Positions 10,401 through 17,828 of a DNA stretch of 32,000 bases are shown here, piece by piece (the first letter of the stretch is position 1; each line of letters opens with the position of its first letter). The stretch spans positions 4,770,001-4,802,000 of the forward strand of contig NC_010628.1 in NCBI RefSeq assembly GCF_000020025.1, in the 5' to 3' direction. The stretch comes from Nostoc punctiforme PCC 73102. GTDB lineage: Bacteria > Cyanobacteriota > Cyanobacteriia > Cyanobacteriales > Nostocaceae. A program made the translations under genes and the position numbers. Below the pieces are notes generated by a model that was not told the DNA's origin, made no database searches, and was given only the letters and a program-made list of their open reading frames with translations.

Positions 10401-10548
10401 GAAAAGCAAATGCCATCGAAACCCCAGCCAGCAATGCCACCAAGAATTTAGGCCCAGAAAAAAGCACTGATGCTTCTTCTGGAGTTAGTGCTTCCTGAGC
10501 TAAAGTTATCGGCGCTAATCCTAAAATAGTTGCAACACCTTGAAACAT
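7447..10548 (-). CDS. Large membrane-anchored tandem-repeat protein (N-terminal multi-TM region, ~700-aa helical repeat region, C-terminal TM helix); function unknown
   Basis: 1033-aa ORF with ATG start and its own terminator. Hydrophobic segments lie in residues ~30-150 and at the extreme C-terminus (AAWWLFGTAIASLAASAIAGAIAV). The centre is built of repeats with consensus EYLRNTNKDELNPEGIKRDF..LLDDP.AG...LR.RLSQFDRDTLVQLLSQR.DLSEEEAN.IVDQIE..RD.IL. Confidence 0.85.
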   Translation of the reverse strand: MFQGVATILGLAPITLAQEALTPEEASVLFSGPKFLVALLAGVSMAFAFQLLFTNFSVAVGISSWEIDSDSDDESEGLGKTIRKVQGKVGSWVLITASIALFIACFLAVKLSLIESAFLGSIIGVVIWSTYFSLVIWLGSSAVGSLIGSISNTVTSGFQALMGTATAGISANTAKKQLVSTAEDITAAVRRELTSGFDSEGIKNTLQSSLSSLQLPKLDIKEIRNQFDQLLKDTDLQSVANSDLLQNINRQTFVDLISTRTDLSQEDINGIADQLQGAWQEALNRKNPTEQVINLLKSATPEELNSEQLGERLQQLVTVGGGNGNGVIKQAIRYGLTAAAPAVLDRVNLSNIDVNKITTQLQKLKEKVQDVDVEQVTEQFQKFREQATEQISAGLPISLENTIKADVEDYILNSFPWHFNRITLLDEFKEIIYDVNADPTTVRRELEEINQEYFTNLLNQRGDLSEPRVKEISEQMESARSEVLETVKQAEAREKGQDLRTRIEEYLRSTGKEELNPEGIERDFAKLVEDPEAGFEDLSSRFGQFDRDTFVQLLQQRQDVSEEEANNIVDQLERNRDNILNRARELQEQAKAKADELRQRVENYLRNTNKDELNPEGIKREFRILLDDPQAGISLLRSRLSQFDRDTLVQLLSQRQDLSEEQVNQILDQIEAVRDSILQVPQQAREQYEKTTKAIAEYLRNTNLEELDPEGIRSDLEKLLEDPKAGALALRDRLSHVDRETLVQLVSQRGDLSQEQVNQIIDRVQDAIGDIVRAPRRLAKRTAQQALDFEANLEEYLRNTNKDELNPEGIKRDLQLLLSSPRAGIGSLSDRASKFDRSTIVALLSQREDISEEEANRIVDQIDSVRSSIVEQFQQIQQKVQSVLDGIFAKVRNYLNSLNRSELNYEGIKQDFAKVFDDPQAGFEALRDRLSQFDRDTLVAVISSRQDISEADANRIIDQIEAARDGVLQRAERIQKETQKRLKAIQEQAKKQAEETKKTVANAAWWLFGTAIASLAASAIAGAIAVTGITLPG
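7640..9330 (-). repeat. Intragenic tandem repeat, six units of 282-294 nt (94-98 aa), plus weaker upstream copies
   Basis: Unit starts, taken at the codon for the V/I/L residue three codons before the Tyr of the conserved Y-L-R/N motif, fall at 9330, 9042, 8748, 8466, 8172 and 7878. The spacings are 288, 294, 282, 294 and 294 nt. The 9330 unit is degenerate, and more degenerate copies are visible further 5' (for example NRQTFVDLISTRTDLSQEDINGIADQL). Confidence 0.9.
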
Positions 10549-11064
10549 AATATTTTCTCACTTGCACTCAATTAAATACCCATTTATAAAATGGCTTATT
10601 TATCAGTTTAATTATCAAATATATAAGCTAACACTTTCTTAAGTAATAGGTTCATTTGCCAAAAGTCGTATTTTGAAGTTTATTATTTTTTTCATTAAAT
10701 AAAACTTTATAATTTTGCCACATTTCACATTTTTACGAAATATTTTTTATTAATATCAAAGTAAGCTCTATAAAAAAGAATCTAAGTACATAGCAGTTAT
10801 CAAAAGGGTGAATTACTCTTTTATACAGAAAAAATCAATGTTTTTCGTGTCCACATCTAGCAAAATTCATAAAGTTAAGATATGTAAGTGTTTCTAAAAA
10901 CATAATTTTATATTTATTCATTTAGATAAAAACACCTATACCTAATGATAGAGACAAAAATTCTTCCAAGCGATTGATGAAACTTAAATCTAAACATGTA
11001 TTAATAAGACTATTACAAGCTATAAATTTGTGAATAATTGATTGTTGCTGAGGAGAAAAAGATA

Positions 11065-12345
11065 ATGGTTGTAGGTGTACATAAACGTGCTGTAGGTGTA
11101 TTTTCTAATCGTCGAGATGTTGAACATGCGCTACATGAATTGAAAAAAGTCGGCTTTGACATGAACAGAGTTTCTGTCATTACGCAAGATGGAGACAGAG
11201 AAGATATTGCTGGGGCTGAAGTGCGTGATCGCGTCGGTGATAAATCTGATGAAGGCGCTAAAGTTGGAGCTGCAACAGGTGGCGCTTTGGGCGGATTGAC
11301 TGGTTTATTAGTCGGTCTTGGTACTTTGGCAATTCCTGGAATTGGGCCAATTATGCTGGCTGGAGCCGCAGCAACCACTCTAGCTACAACTATTGCTGGT
11401 GCTGGGATTGGTGCAGTAGCTGGTAGTTTGCTTGGTGCATTGATTGGTTTAGGAATTCCCGAAGAACGAGCTAGAGTTTATGACGAACGTGTAAGACGAG
11501 GACACTATTTAGTGATCCTTGATGGCACAGATACAGAAATCGCTAGAGCAGAAGCAATTCTCCATCAGCGTGGTGTCGAAGAGTTTGGTATTTACGACAA
11601 CCCAGATGCGAGAAATGCTGATTATGTTGCTCCAACCCATAACGTAAATGTGGCTCATACTGGTGTTGCTAGACGCGCGATAGGAGTCTTTCCTCATCGC
11701 CGAGATGCAGAAGCAGCACTCACAGAATTACGAGATGCAGGTTTTCCCTTAAGTAGAGTCTCCATCATTGCCAAAAATACAGACGGTCATGGGATCGCTG
11801 GTGTAGATGTAGATAGGAATGTTGGAACAGGTAATAAAGCAGACGATGGTGCTAAAACTGGAGCAGCTACAGGCGGTGTTCTAGGCGGCTTGACTGGCTT
11901 ATTAGTTGGTCTTGGAACTCTAGCAATTCCTGGAGTTGGGCCTGTGATTGCTGGTGGTGCAGTAGCAACAGCTTTGGCCACAACCTTAGCTGGTGGTGCG
12001 ATCGGTGCAGCTGCTGGCGGTATTGTTGGCGCACTGGTTGGCTTGGGAATTCCTGAAGACAGAGCGCGGGTATATAGCGATCGCTTCCAAAGAGGCGACT
12101 ACTTGGTAATTATCGATGGTACGGAAGCTGAAATCCACCAAGCTGAAGCGATTCTCAAGCGTCGAGGTATTGAAGAATTTGCTATTTATGATGCTACTGA
12201 TTTAGGCGAACATCGGCCAGGTTCCGACCGAGTAATCCATCATGACACAGCAGTAGCCAATCCCATTCACCCCAATCACTCAACAGAGCCTCATATTAAC
12301 GATCCTGCTGTAGTCATTGTTGACCGTCGTGATGAAACACTTTAA
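11065..12345 (+). CDS. Internally duplicated membrane protein: two modules, each with a YflT/general-stress-protein-17M-like domain, a glycine-zipper TM region and a small C-terminal domain
   Basis: The track ORF starts at TTG 11038. The ATG at 11065 is preceded by GAGGAG and is the more likely start. Module 1: RAVGVFSNRRDVEHALHELKKVGFDMNRVSVI ... GGLTGLLVGLGTLAIPGIGP ... GIPEERARVYDERVRRGHYLVILDG. Module 2 repeats the same order 198 aa later: RAIGVFPHRRDAEAALTELRDAGFPLSRVSII ... GIPEDRARVYSDRFQRGDYLVIIDG. Confidence 0.8.
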   Translation: MVVGVHKRAVGVFSNRRDVEHALHELKKVGFDMNRVSVITQDGDREDIAGAEVRDRVGDKSDEGAKVGAATGGALGGLTGLLVGLGTLAIPGIGPIMLAGAAATTLATTIAGAGIGAVAGSLLGALIGLGIPEERARVYDERVRRGHYLVILDGTDTEIARAEAILHQRGVEEFGIYDNPDARNADYVAPTHNVNVAHTGVARRAIGVFPHRRDAEAALTELRDAGFPLSRVSIIAKNTDGHGIAGVDVDRNVGTGNKADDGAKTGAATGGVLGGLTGLLVGLGTLAIPGVGPVIAGGAVATALATTLAGGAIGAAAGGIVGALVGLGIPEDRARVYSDRFQRGDYLVIIDGTEAEIHQAEAILKRRGIEEFAIYDATDLGEHRPGSDRVIHHDTAVANPIHPNHSTEPHINDPAVVIVDRRDETL

Positions 12346-12465
12346 TCCAAAGTAGTTTTCACTGTCACTAATTACACACAATTGCAAGAGCAAGAATTCA
12401 AAAACTTGCTCCTCACTTCACCGTAAAAATCAACAAATTTCACTTTCCGATTGCGAATCAAACCT

Positions 12466-12927
12466 ATGAAAAAGCTAACCCCCTTCTTAATTAGCACTCT
12501 TTTAGTTTTTGGTGTTGCTGCTTGTGATAACGCTTCTAAAACAAGCGAATCTGCACCCAATAATCCTAATGAAGCTCCACAATCACCGACTGTACAGACA
12601 ACAGAAGCTTCTCAGAAAGACGCACAAAGTGAAACTCGCAGAAGACAACTTGATTCTGATATCCGTGCCCGCGAACAGCGCAATAATACCACTGGTGGCG
12701 ATGCAGATAGAGCTAAAGGTGACTTAGCAAGTGAAGTTCGCTCCAAATTAGAGGCAAACATACCCAAGAGTCAAATAACAGTTGATGCCACAAAGGATGG
12801 AGTTGTGACTGTCGGAGGTACTGTTAACAATCAGCAAGAGTTGGCTAAAATTGAACGTTTAGCTAAAGAAATCAAAGGCGTGAAAAGTGTAGTTGTTAAA
12901 ACAACTGTTGCCCCACCAACAAGGTAA
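12466..12927 (+). CDS. BON-domain lipoprotein (OsmY-like)
   Basis: The ATG at 12466 gives MKKLTPFLISTLLVFGVAAC, a signal peptide plus lipobox V-A-A-C. This is followed by a disordered linker and a C-terminal BON-like ITVDATKDGVVTVGGTVNNQQELAKIERLAKEIKGVKSVV. The track start at 12451 is a TTG. Confidence 0.8.
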   Translation: MKKLTPFLISTLLVFGVAACDNASKTSESAPNNPNEAPQSPTVQTTEASQKDAQSETRRRQLDSDIRAREQRNNTTGGDADRAKGDLASEVRSKLEANIPKSQITVDATKDGVVTVGGTVNNQQELAKIERLAKEIKGVKSVVVKTTVAPPTR

Positions 12928-12994
12928 GGCAGCTAACAGTAAAGCCAAGTGAGTAGGTAGATAAAAATAAATTTATATTTTCCTACTCAATCTT

Positions 12995-13023
12995 AATGGT
13001 CAGTTATACTATTGCTGACCATT
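12995..13023 (+). terminator. Hairpin downstream of the BON lipoprotein gene
   Basis: 9-bp stem AATGGTCAG / CTGACCATT with an 11-nt loop. There is no clear U-tract. Confidence 0.4.
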
Positions 13024-13107
13024 AATAATTGATAACTGACGACTTTAATAATTATATTTGTTGATGCTCAGTTCAGTTATAGAAACTTTTGTAATAATTG
13101 AAAAACT

Positions 13108-13539
13108 ATGGAAACCGAACAACAGCAACGTGAATCCATCAATACTTCAATATCACAAAGTGCGCTAGCACTTGAAGGTGTAGATGCAAATTTGCCAAAG
13201 TTACCGCCAGCATCTGAACCGGAATCTCAATGGCAGCAAATTAGCAGACAAGTTTCTCAATTTTTGGAGAAACTACCCGACTACTTAGGTAGCTTTTTTC
13301 AGGACTATAAGCAGCCTCTAATAACTGTTGCTTTGATTTTAGCTGCCATTGTTACAGCAAAGTTAGTACTAGCACTACTGGATGCGATCAATGATATTCC
13401 ATTACTATCACCACTCTTTGAATTAGTTGGAATTGGTTATGCCAGTTGGTTTATTTTCCGTTATCTACTAAAGGCTTCAACTCGGCAAGAATTAGCCAAT
13501 GAAATTCAATCCCTCAAAAATCAATTTGTGGGTGAATAA
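13108..13539 (+). CDS. curT: CAAD-domain / CURT1-family thylakoid-curvature protein
   Basis: 143 aa. It has two TM helices, and the C-terminal ELVGIGYASWFIFRYLLKASTRQELANEIQSLKNQFVGE closely matches the remembered CURT1A motif ELVGLGYTGWFVYRYLLFKSSRKELAEDIESLKKKIAG. The organism may encode more than one CAAD paralog. Confidence 0.8.
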   Translation: METEQQQRESINTSISQSALALEGVDANLPKLPPASEPESQWQQISRQVSQFLEKLPDYLGSFFQDYKQPLITVALILAAIVTAKLVLALLDAINDIPLLSPLFELVGIGYASWFIFRYLLKASTRQELANEIQSLKNQFVGE

Positions 13540-13592
13540 ATTTTCTAACCATTCAACTAGTACACTACATTATGGTAGAAGTTTGTCTACCT

Positions 13593-13624
13593 TTAAGACA
13601 AGGGGCTTCAGCTCCTTGTCTTAA
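13593..13624 (+). terminator. Strong hairpin after the CURT1-family gene
   Basis: TTAAGACAAGG ... CCTTGTCTTAA forms an 11-bp perfect stem. It is extendable by GGC/GCT around a TTCA tetraloop. There is no U-tract. Confidence 0.5.
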
Positions 13625-13809
13625 ATAGTAAATGTAACCTATTAGTATTTAACCTGAATTAATATTAATCTTTTGATACATCGCAAGATAGAGGATATAA
13701 TATTTTTTTTAATTTTAAATCACTTCTAAAGATAGTAGCTCGGAGATTAAAAAAAGCTTAGTCTAGTCTTTGAAGTTATTTAATAGATTCTTTAACGAGG
13801 ACATAAATT

Positions 13810-14217
13810 ATGGCTAATGAAGCAGTTAAGAGAGATATAGATTCATCCGATCGGGCTGAAGTAGATACTTACGATCGCGGCATTATCCCAGCCGAAACAG
13901 CTGCTCGTAGAGAAAGAGAAGGAGATAAGTACAAAACACTCCCTACAGAAGAAAGGGAGGCGGATGCAGCTACAGATGACCAAACCGATCCAGAAAGTGT
14001 ACGTACTACTGACGGATACACCGTAGACAAAGAAGGTTTGTTAAACAACTATGCAGTTGAACCGGAAATGTACTACGAAGAACCAGGTGATGCACGCAAA
14101 CAAGCAGCAGAAGACACGGCAGAACGTGTTGAAGAACTTGGAGAAGTTAATCAGGATGAAGAAGGCAAGTTAACCGAAAAGGGCGATAAACGCGGTAGAG
14201 GCCCAGGAGTAATTTAA
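13810..14217 (+). CDS. Acidic, low-complexity (probably intrinsically disordered) small protein; function unknown
   Basis: 135-aa ORF with ATG start, GAGG 8 nt upstream and a terminator downstream. It is rich in D/E/K/R/T, with one ordered-looking patch TDGYTVDKEGLLNNYAVEPEMYYEEPGD. Confidence 0.7.
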   Translation: MANEAVKRDIDSSDRAEVDTYDRGIIPAETAARREREGDKYKTLPTEEREADAATDDQTDPESVRTTDGYTVDKEGLLNNYAVEPEMYYEEPGDARKQAAEDTAERVEELGEVNQDEEGKLTEKGDKRGRGPGVI

Positions 14218-14276
14218 TTAACAGATATCTTTTTGGTGGGTGCAATTACACGTAAAAAGGCTAAATAGGCGATTTG

Positions 14277-14312
14277 TAGAGACGCAATAACTATAATTGC
14301 GTCTCTATTTGT
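14277..14312 (+). terminator. Rho-independent terminator ending the plus-strand stress cluster
   Basis: 12-bp perfect stem TAGAGACGCAAT / ATTGCGTCTCTA with a 7-nt loop, followed by TTTGTAT. Confidence 0.75.
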
Positions 14313-14386
14313 ATAGGCGGCAAGGGCTAGATAAAATTACCTCTTTCCCCTTTGCTCCCTGCTCCCTGCCTCTTGTGCCCAATTTT

Positions 14387-15937
14387 TTAGATGATCAGTG
14401 GCTCAAGTTCCCGATTATGCCATTGTCGCTGATGCCATTCGGCAACCAAAGGACGGACAATAAACTTAGGCTGTCCATCGCCTTTAACGTCAATGCGTAA
14501 ACCTGAATAAGGTCGTCGCTTTTGAGAACCTTGACCGTTGCGACCAATGAAGAGATGCGATCGCCCTACTAATCTATTTTCCTCCATTAAATCTGCTCCC
14601 TCAATCCTTTGGCGGCGCAAACTAAACCCGCTACCACCACAAACAAGCCAGTGGATATGAGAATCAGCGTGTCCTGTATCCATTGTCTCAAGATGTTCTA
14701 AGCAGTGGGCGTGACCGTTTAATACCAAATCAACCAAAGGACGACCCTGATTTAGAGAACCTATTTCTTTTGCTACTGCATCCAGCACGCCACGGAAGCG
14801 ATCGCGAATTATCAAAGTTTGTGCTTGTTGCCACTTTGTCGCCTCAGTTACATAAGGAGGATGATGGAAATAAATCACTCTTCCCCGAACTTCTGAATTA
14901 TTCCAAGATTCAATCAATCTCTTTTTGAGCCAGTCTAGTTGTTCAATATCAGTCTGCATTGTTTTGTCACTGGCTAATTGCTTCTTGATATCAACAATTA
15001 TTTCTTCAATTTGCGATACCTTGGCGTGAAAGTCGTCTAATTGGTCGGCTTCAATGGGGTTTTCAGGACGAAGCTGGGCCGAGGTTTCAATGATGTGCTG
15101 CTTTTCTTGCTCTAAATCTTCACGACGCTTTTCTAAGATTTTGCGATCGGCATCACCTTGTTTTGTTTTAGGTAGGGGTGGTGGATCGTTAAATGTATTA
15201 GAATCCAAGGCGAAGAAATCAATTCCGCCATAGCGAAAAGTGTAGTAACGATTGGGAAGTCGGGTAAAATGCCCAGGTTCATACTTAAGACAAAGACCTG
15301 TATCTGTCTTACTTGTGTAGTGCCGATCTAAATGGCTGCTTAACTCTCCTGGAAGTTGCAACGCCTTTAAATAGTCTATAAATGCGTGTGCGTAAGCCTC
15401 GCCGGTTCCTGAGCCATGCAAACCTACATCTAGGTCTAAGCGCGATCGCAACAGGCGACGAAGGGGTAATGTTGTGAGAGAGGCCAAGCTCAATAAAATG
15501 GGCAAGTTATAATAATCGTGATTTCCCGGTACTGGTAATATGGGAAGCTTAAAAGTCATCTGGTCATAAGCAATCAGTTTCGGATGCTCTCCACCCAAGA
15601 TAAACTCTCGGTAAGGCTCGATGAAGTTTTGCTGGTAGTATTCACTCGAACCCACTAAGTAAATCACATCCCCGGTATGCAGCATAAAACGGGATTCGTT
15701 GTGATGGGGCAACATCAGTTCAGCTATCTGTCGTTGGGGATTGTGTCCCCGATGCTTACCAGAACCACTATCACCCACAACTAAAAATGAGAACTCAGGA
15801 TTATCTCCTTGACCATCCTCCAACACCAGGCGAGTTTGGTCGATGTTCCGTTCCACAATTAACGGATCTTGCCACCTGACTCGCTGATTCATTTTACGAA
15901 TTTTGTTAGCGATCGCTGGATCTGATACAAGTTTCAA
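14387..15937 (-). CDS. Calcineurin-like metallophosphoesterase with a ~150-aa charged coiled-coil insertion
   Basis: Motifs in order: VVGDSGSG, HTGDVIY, GNHDY, FHHPPY, NGHAHC. The insertion lies between GNHDY and HHPPY (KILEKRREDLEQEKQHIIE ... VSQIEEIIVDIKKQL). The start is uncertain: the TTG at 15937 has GGAG 9 nt upstream, and the first in-frame ATG is at 15892. Confidence 0.8.
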   Translation of the reverse strand: MKLVSDPAIANKIRKMNQRVRWQDPLIVERNIDQTRLVLEDGQGDNPEFSFLVVGDSGSGKHRGHNPQRQIAELMLPHHNESRFMLHTGDVIYLVGSSEYYQQNFIEPYREFILGGEHPKLIAYDQMTFKLPILPVPGNHDYYNLPILLSLASLTTLPLRRLLRSRLDLDVGLHGSGTGEAYAHAFIDYLKALQLPGELSSHLDRHYTSKTDTGLCLKYEPGHFTRLPNRYYTFRYGGIDFFALDSNTFNDPPPLPKTKQGDADRKILEKRREDLEQEKQHIIETSAQLRPENPIEADQLDDFHAKVSQIEEIIVDIKKQLASDKTMQTDIEQLDWLKKRLIESWNNSEVRGRVIYFHHPPYVTEATKWQQAQTLIIRDRFRGVLDAVAKEIGSLNQGRPLVDLVLNGHAHCLEHLETMDTGHADSHIHWLVCGGSGFSLRRQRIEGADLMEENRLVGRSHLFIGRNGQGSQKRRPYSGLRIDVKGDGQPKFIVRPLVAEWHQRQWHNRELEPLII

Positions 15938-15960
15938 TGCAACATACTCCTGAATCTTGA

Positions 15961-16079
15961 ATTGCAGGGAGCAGGAGAGCAGAGGGAGACAAGGAGGACA
16001 AGGGGGAATTATTGAGTAAGTCTCTTCCTTGTCTCCCCCCTCTTCCTTGTCTCTTCTTCATGCCCAATTCCCAATCTCC
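15961..16079. repeat. Purine/pyrimidine-tract short-repeat block forming a long imperfect hairpin between two co-directional genes
   Basis: GCAGGGAGCAGGAGAGCAGAGGGAGACAAGGAGGACAAGGGGG is followed by its near complement CTTCCTTGTCTCCCCCCTCTTCCTTGTCTC. The module TGCCCAATT ends 9 nt before the stop of the lipid kinase gene (16071-16079) and 4 nt before the stop of the phosphoesterase gene (14375-14383). Confidence 0.7.
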
Positions 16080-17051
16080 TTACTCTTCTACCGTATCTTT
16101 CATCTCAATAGTCAAATTAGGGAGTCCTTCTAGTTTTTCGGTAGGCTCAACTTCTTCTACTAATGGCATAAAAATCTTCAATCCACCTGGTATACACTTA
16201 ATTTCTACTGGTGTTGTGCCGACTATTTCACCATCTAAAACAACCTTTTGTGCTGGCTCAGTTGTAATTTTAAATTGTTTGGCTCGCAGAAAGCCAATAT
16301 CATCACGTTCTACGGCGTTACCTGTAGAAGCTGTTTGGAATAAATGGAATGTAGCAGCGATCGCTCCTGCTTTGTTGGCTGGAGCTACAATCGTTAAATC
16401 TAGTAACCCATCATCATAAACCAAACCTGCTGGTCCCTGAGCTAAGACAGAAGTGGGAGGCGCGGCATTTGCGACTGTGACTGCACAGGCACTAGTTTTA
16501 ATTATCCTGTCTTCTGTTTCTATTTCAACATCAAATTTATGTAGGTTTCTCAGTTGCTGAATTCCAGCGAAAACGTAGGCCATCATTCCAAAGCGATTTT
16601 TGGCATCTCGGTCTGCCAATTCTACAGTTTCGGCTTCAAAACCAATACCTGCCAAGAGTACCATTGGGCGATCGTTGCAATAGGCTACATCTACATGGCG
16701 GGTTCCTCCCTGCAAAATTGTTTCACACGCACCTGCGATCGTGTCAGGAATTCCTAAAGCTGTAGCAAAAGCGTTTGCTGTTCCTCTGGAAATAATGCCA
16801 AATGAAATATCAGTACCCACTACAGCCGCTGCCGCCGCTGAGAGAGTCCCATCTCCACCCGAAGCAATGATTGCATCTACTCCTCGCTCTACGGCTGCAT
16901 AAGCTAGTTGATCTGCATCGATTTCTTGAGTTGTGAGATAAATATCTAGATCAATATCTGGCTCTAATATTGCTCGAATTTCTGCCAGTTCTATATCTGG
17001 GTCTCCCTGACCCGCAACTGGATTAAAAATAAGACAGGCGGAACGATTCAT
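16080..17051 (-). CDS. Diacylglycerol-kinase-family lipid kinase (YegS/BmrU type)
   Basis: 323 aa. It shows LIFNPVAGQG, the catalytic-domain motif ASGGDGTLS, and SRGTANAF. Confidence 0.85.
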   Translation of the reverse strand: MNRSACLIFNPVAGQGDPDIELAEIRAILEPDIDLDIYLTTQEIDADQLAYAAVERGVDAIIASGGDGTLSAAAAAVVGTDISFGIISRGTANAFATALGIPDTIAGACETILQGGTRHVDVAYCNDRPMVLLAGIGFEAETVELADRDAKNRFGMMAYVFAGIQQLRNLHKFDVEIETEDRIIKTSACAVTVANAAPPTSVLAQGPAGLVYDDGLLDLTIVAPANKAGAIAATFHLFQTASTGNAVERDDIGFLRAKQFKITTEPAQKVVLDGEIVGTTPVEIKCIPGGLKIFMPLVEEVEPTEKLEGLPNLTIEMKDTVEE

Positions 17052-17243
17052 AAAATATAAAAGCTAAACTTTAGATCCCTAAAATACCAAATTCTTTCTA
17101 GCATTCTTGTGAAATTTTGCCTTCTTTCTAACGGTTGGTTTATCTTTTGTAACAAGTTTGTAAGCCTTCGGCGTTAAAACATATTAATACTGCACATTTT
17201 GGTATCTTTTGTCTATACTTGCCTAAACAATAAAATTTTTGTC

Positions 17244-17666
17244 ATGCGTCAATTATTACTAGTTTTGGCAAGTATGCTAACTCTCAGCAGCTTATATACC
17301 CCTTCGATGACAATGGCAGGCACAACGCCTGATTTACCCAAGATTCGCCTAGCTCAAAAATTTAACTGTAATAATCCTCAAACTCAAGCAGCAATTAATG
17401 AATGCGCGAATTCATCTTATCAAAATGCAGATAAAAGACTGAACCGAGCTTATCAACAATTGCTACCTACCTTAGAAAAATCTAGAAAACAGAAATTGAT
17501 TGCTGCCCAACAAGCATGGTTAAAGTTCCGAGATACAAATTGTGAGTTTGAAAGAAGCAAATATGAGGGAGGAAGTATTGCTCCTAGCATTTATGTTGGG
17601 TGTCTAGAAAATCTCACAAAACTTCGTACCCAACAATTACAAGAATATCTTAAATCCGATCCTTAA
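17244..17666 (+). CDS. Secreted LprI/DUF1311-family protein (lysozyme-inhibitor-like)
   Basis: The ATG at 17244 gives the signal peptide MRQLLLVLASMLTLSSL. The Cys-framed motif is C..PQTQAAINECANSSYQNADKRLNRAYQQL ... QQAWLKFRDTNCEF. The track start at 17199 is upstream and unlikely. Confidence 0.75.
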   Translation: MRQLLLVLASMLTLSSLYTPSMTMAGTTPDLPKIRLAQKFNCNNPQTQAAINECANSSYQNADKRLNRAYQQLLPTLEKSRKQKLIAAQQAWLKFRDTNCEFERSKYEGGSIAPSIYVGCLENLTKLRTQQLQEYLKSDP

Positions 17667-17729
17667 GTACTCAAAATAGAGCATTTCATAAATTCGTAGC
17701 GAAAAAAACTGAAACCTCTGGGCTACTAT

Positions 17730-17758
17730 GAGTTTAAAAACCTAATGTTTTTAAACTC
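17730..17758. terminator. Bidirectional hairpin between the convergent LprI-like gene and ccaR
   Basis: 12-bp perfect stem GAGTTTAAAAAC / GTTTTTAAACTC with a 5-nt loop. Confidence 0.6.
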
Positions 17759-17828
17759 AGGTCAAAGCAAGAAAATTAGTGCTTTTACTAATAGTTGAAA
17801 TTTTCTCAAGTGGTCTATATACAACATT

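Noticed and set aside
11013-11981. Pro/Ala-rich minus-strand ORFs (11013-11378, 11787-11981)
   Set aside because: They are the antisense reading of the Gly/Ala-rich glycine-zipper codons (GGN read as NCC). This is an artefact of the duplicated segment.
16012-16419. 135-aa plus-strand ORF
   Set aside because: It starts in the CT-rich repeat block and runs antisense to the lipid kinase gene. It has a Ser/Pro-rich shadow composition.
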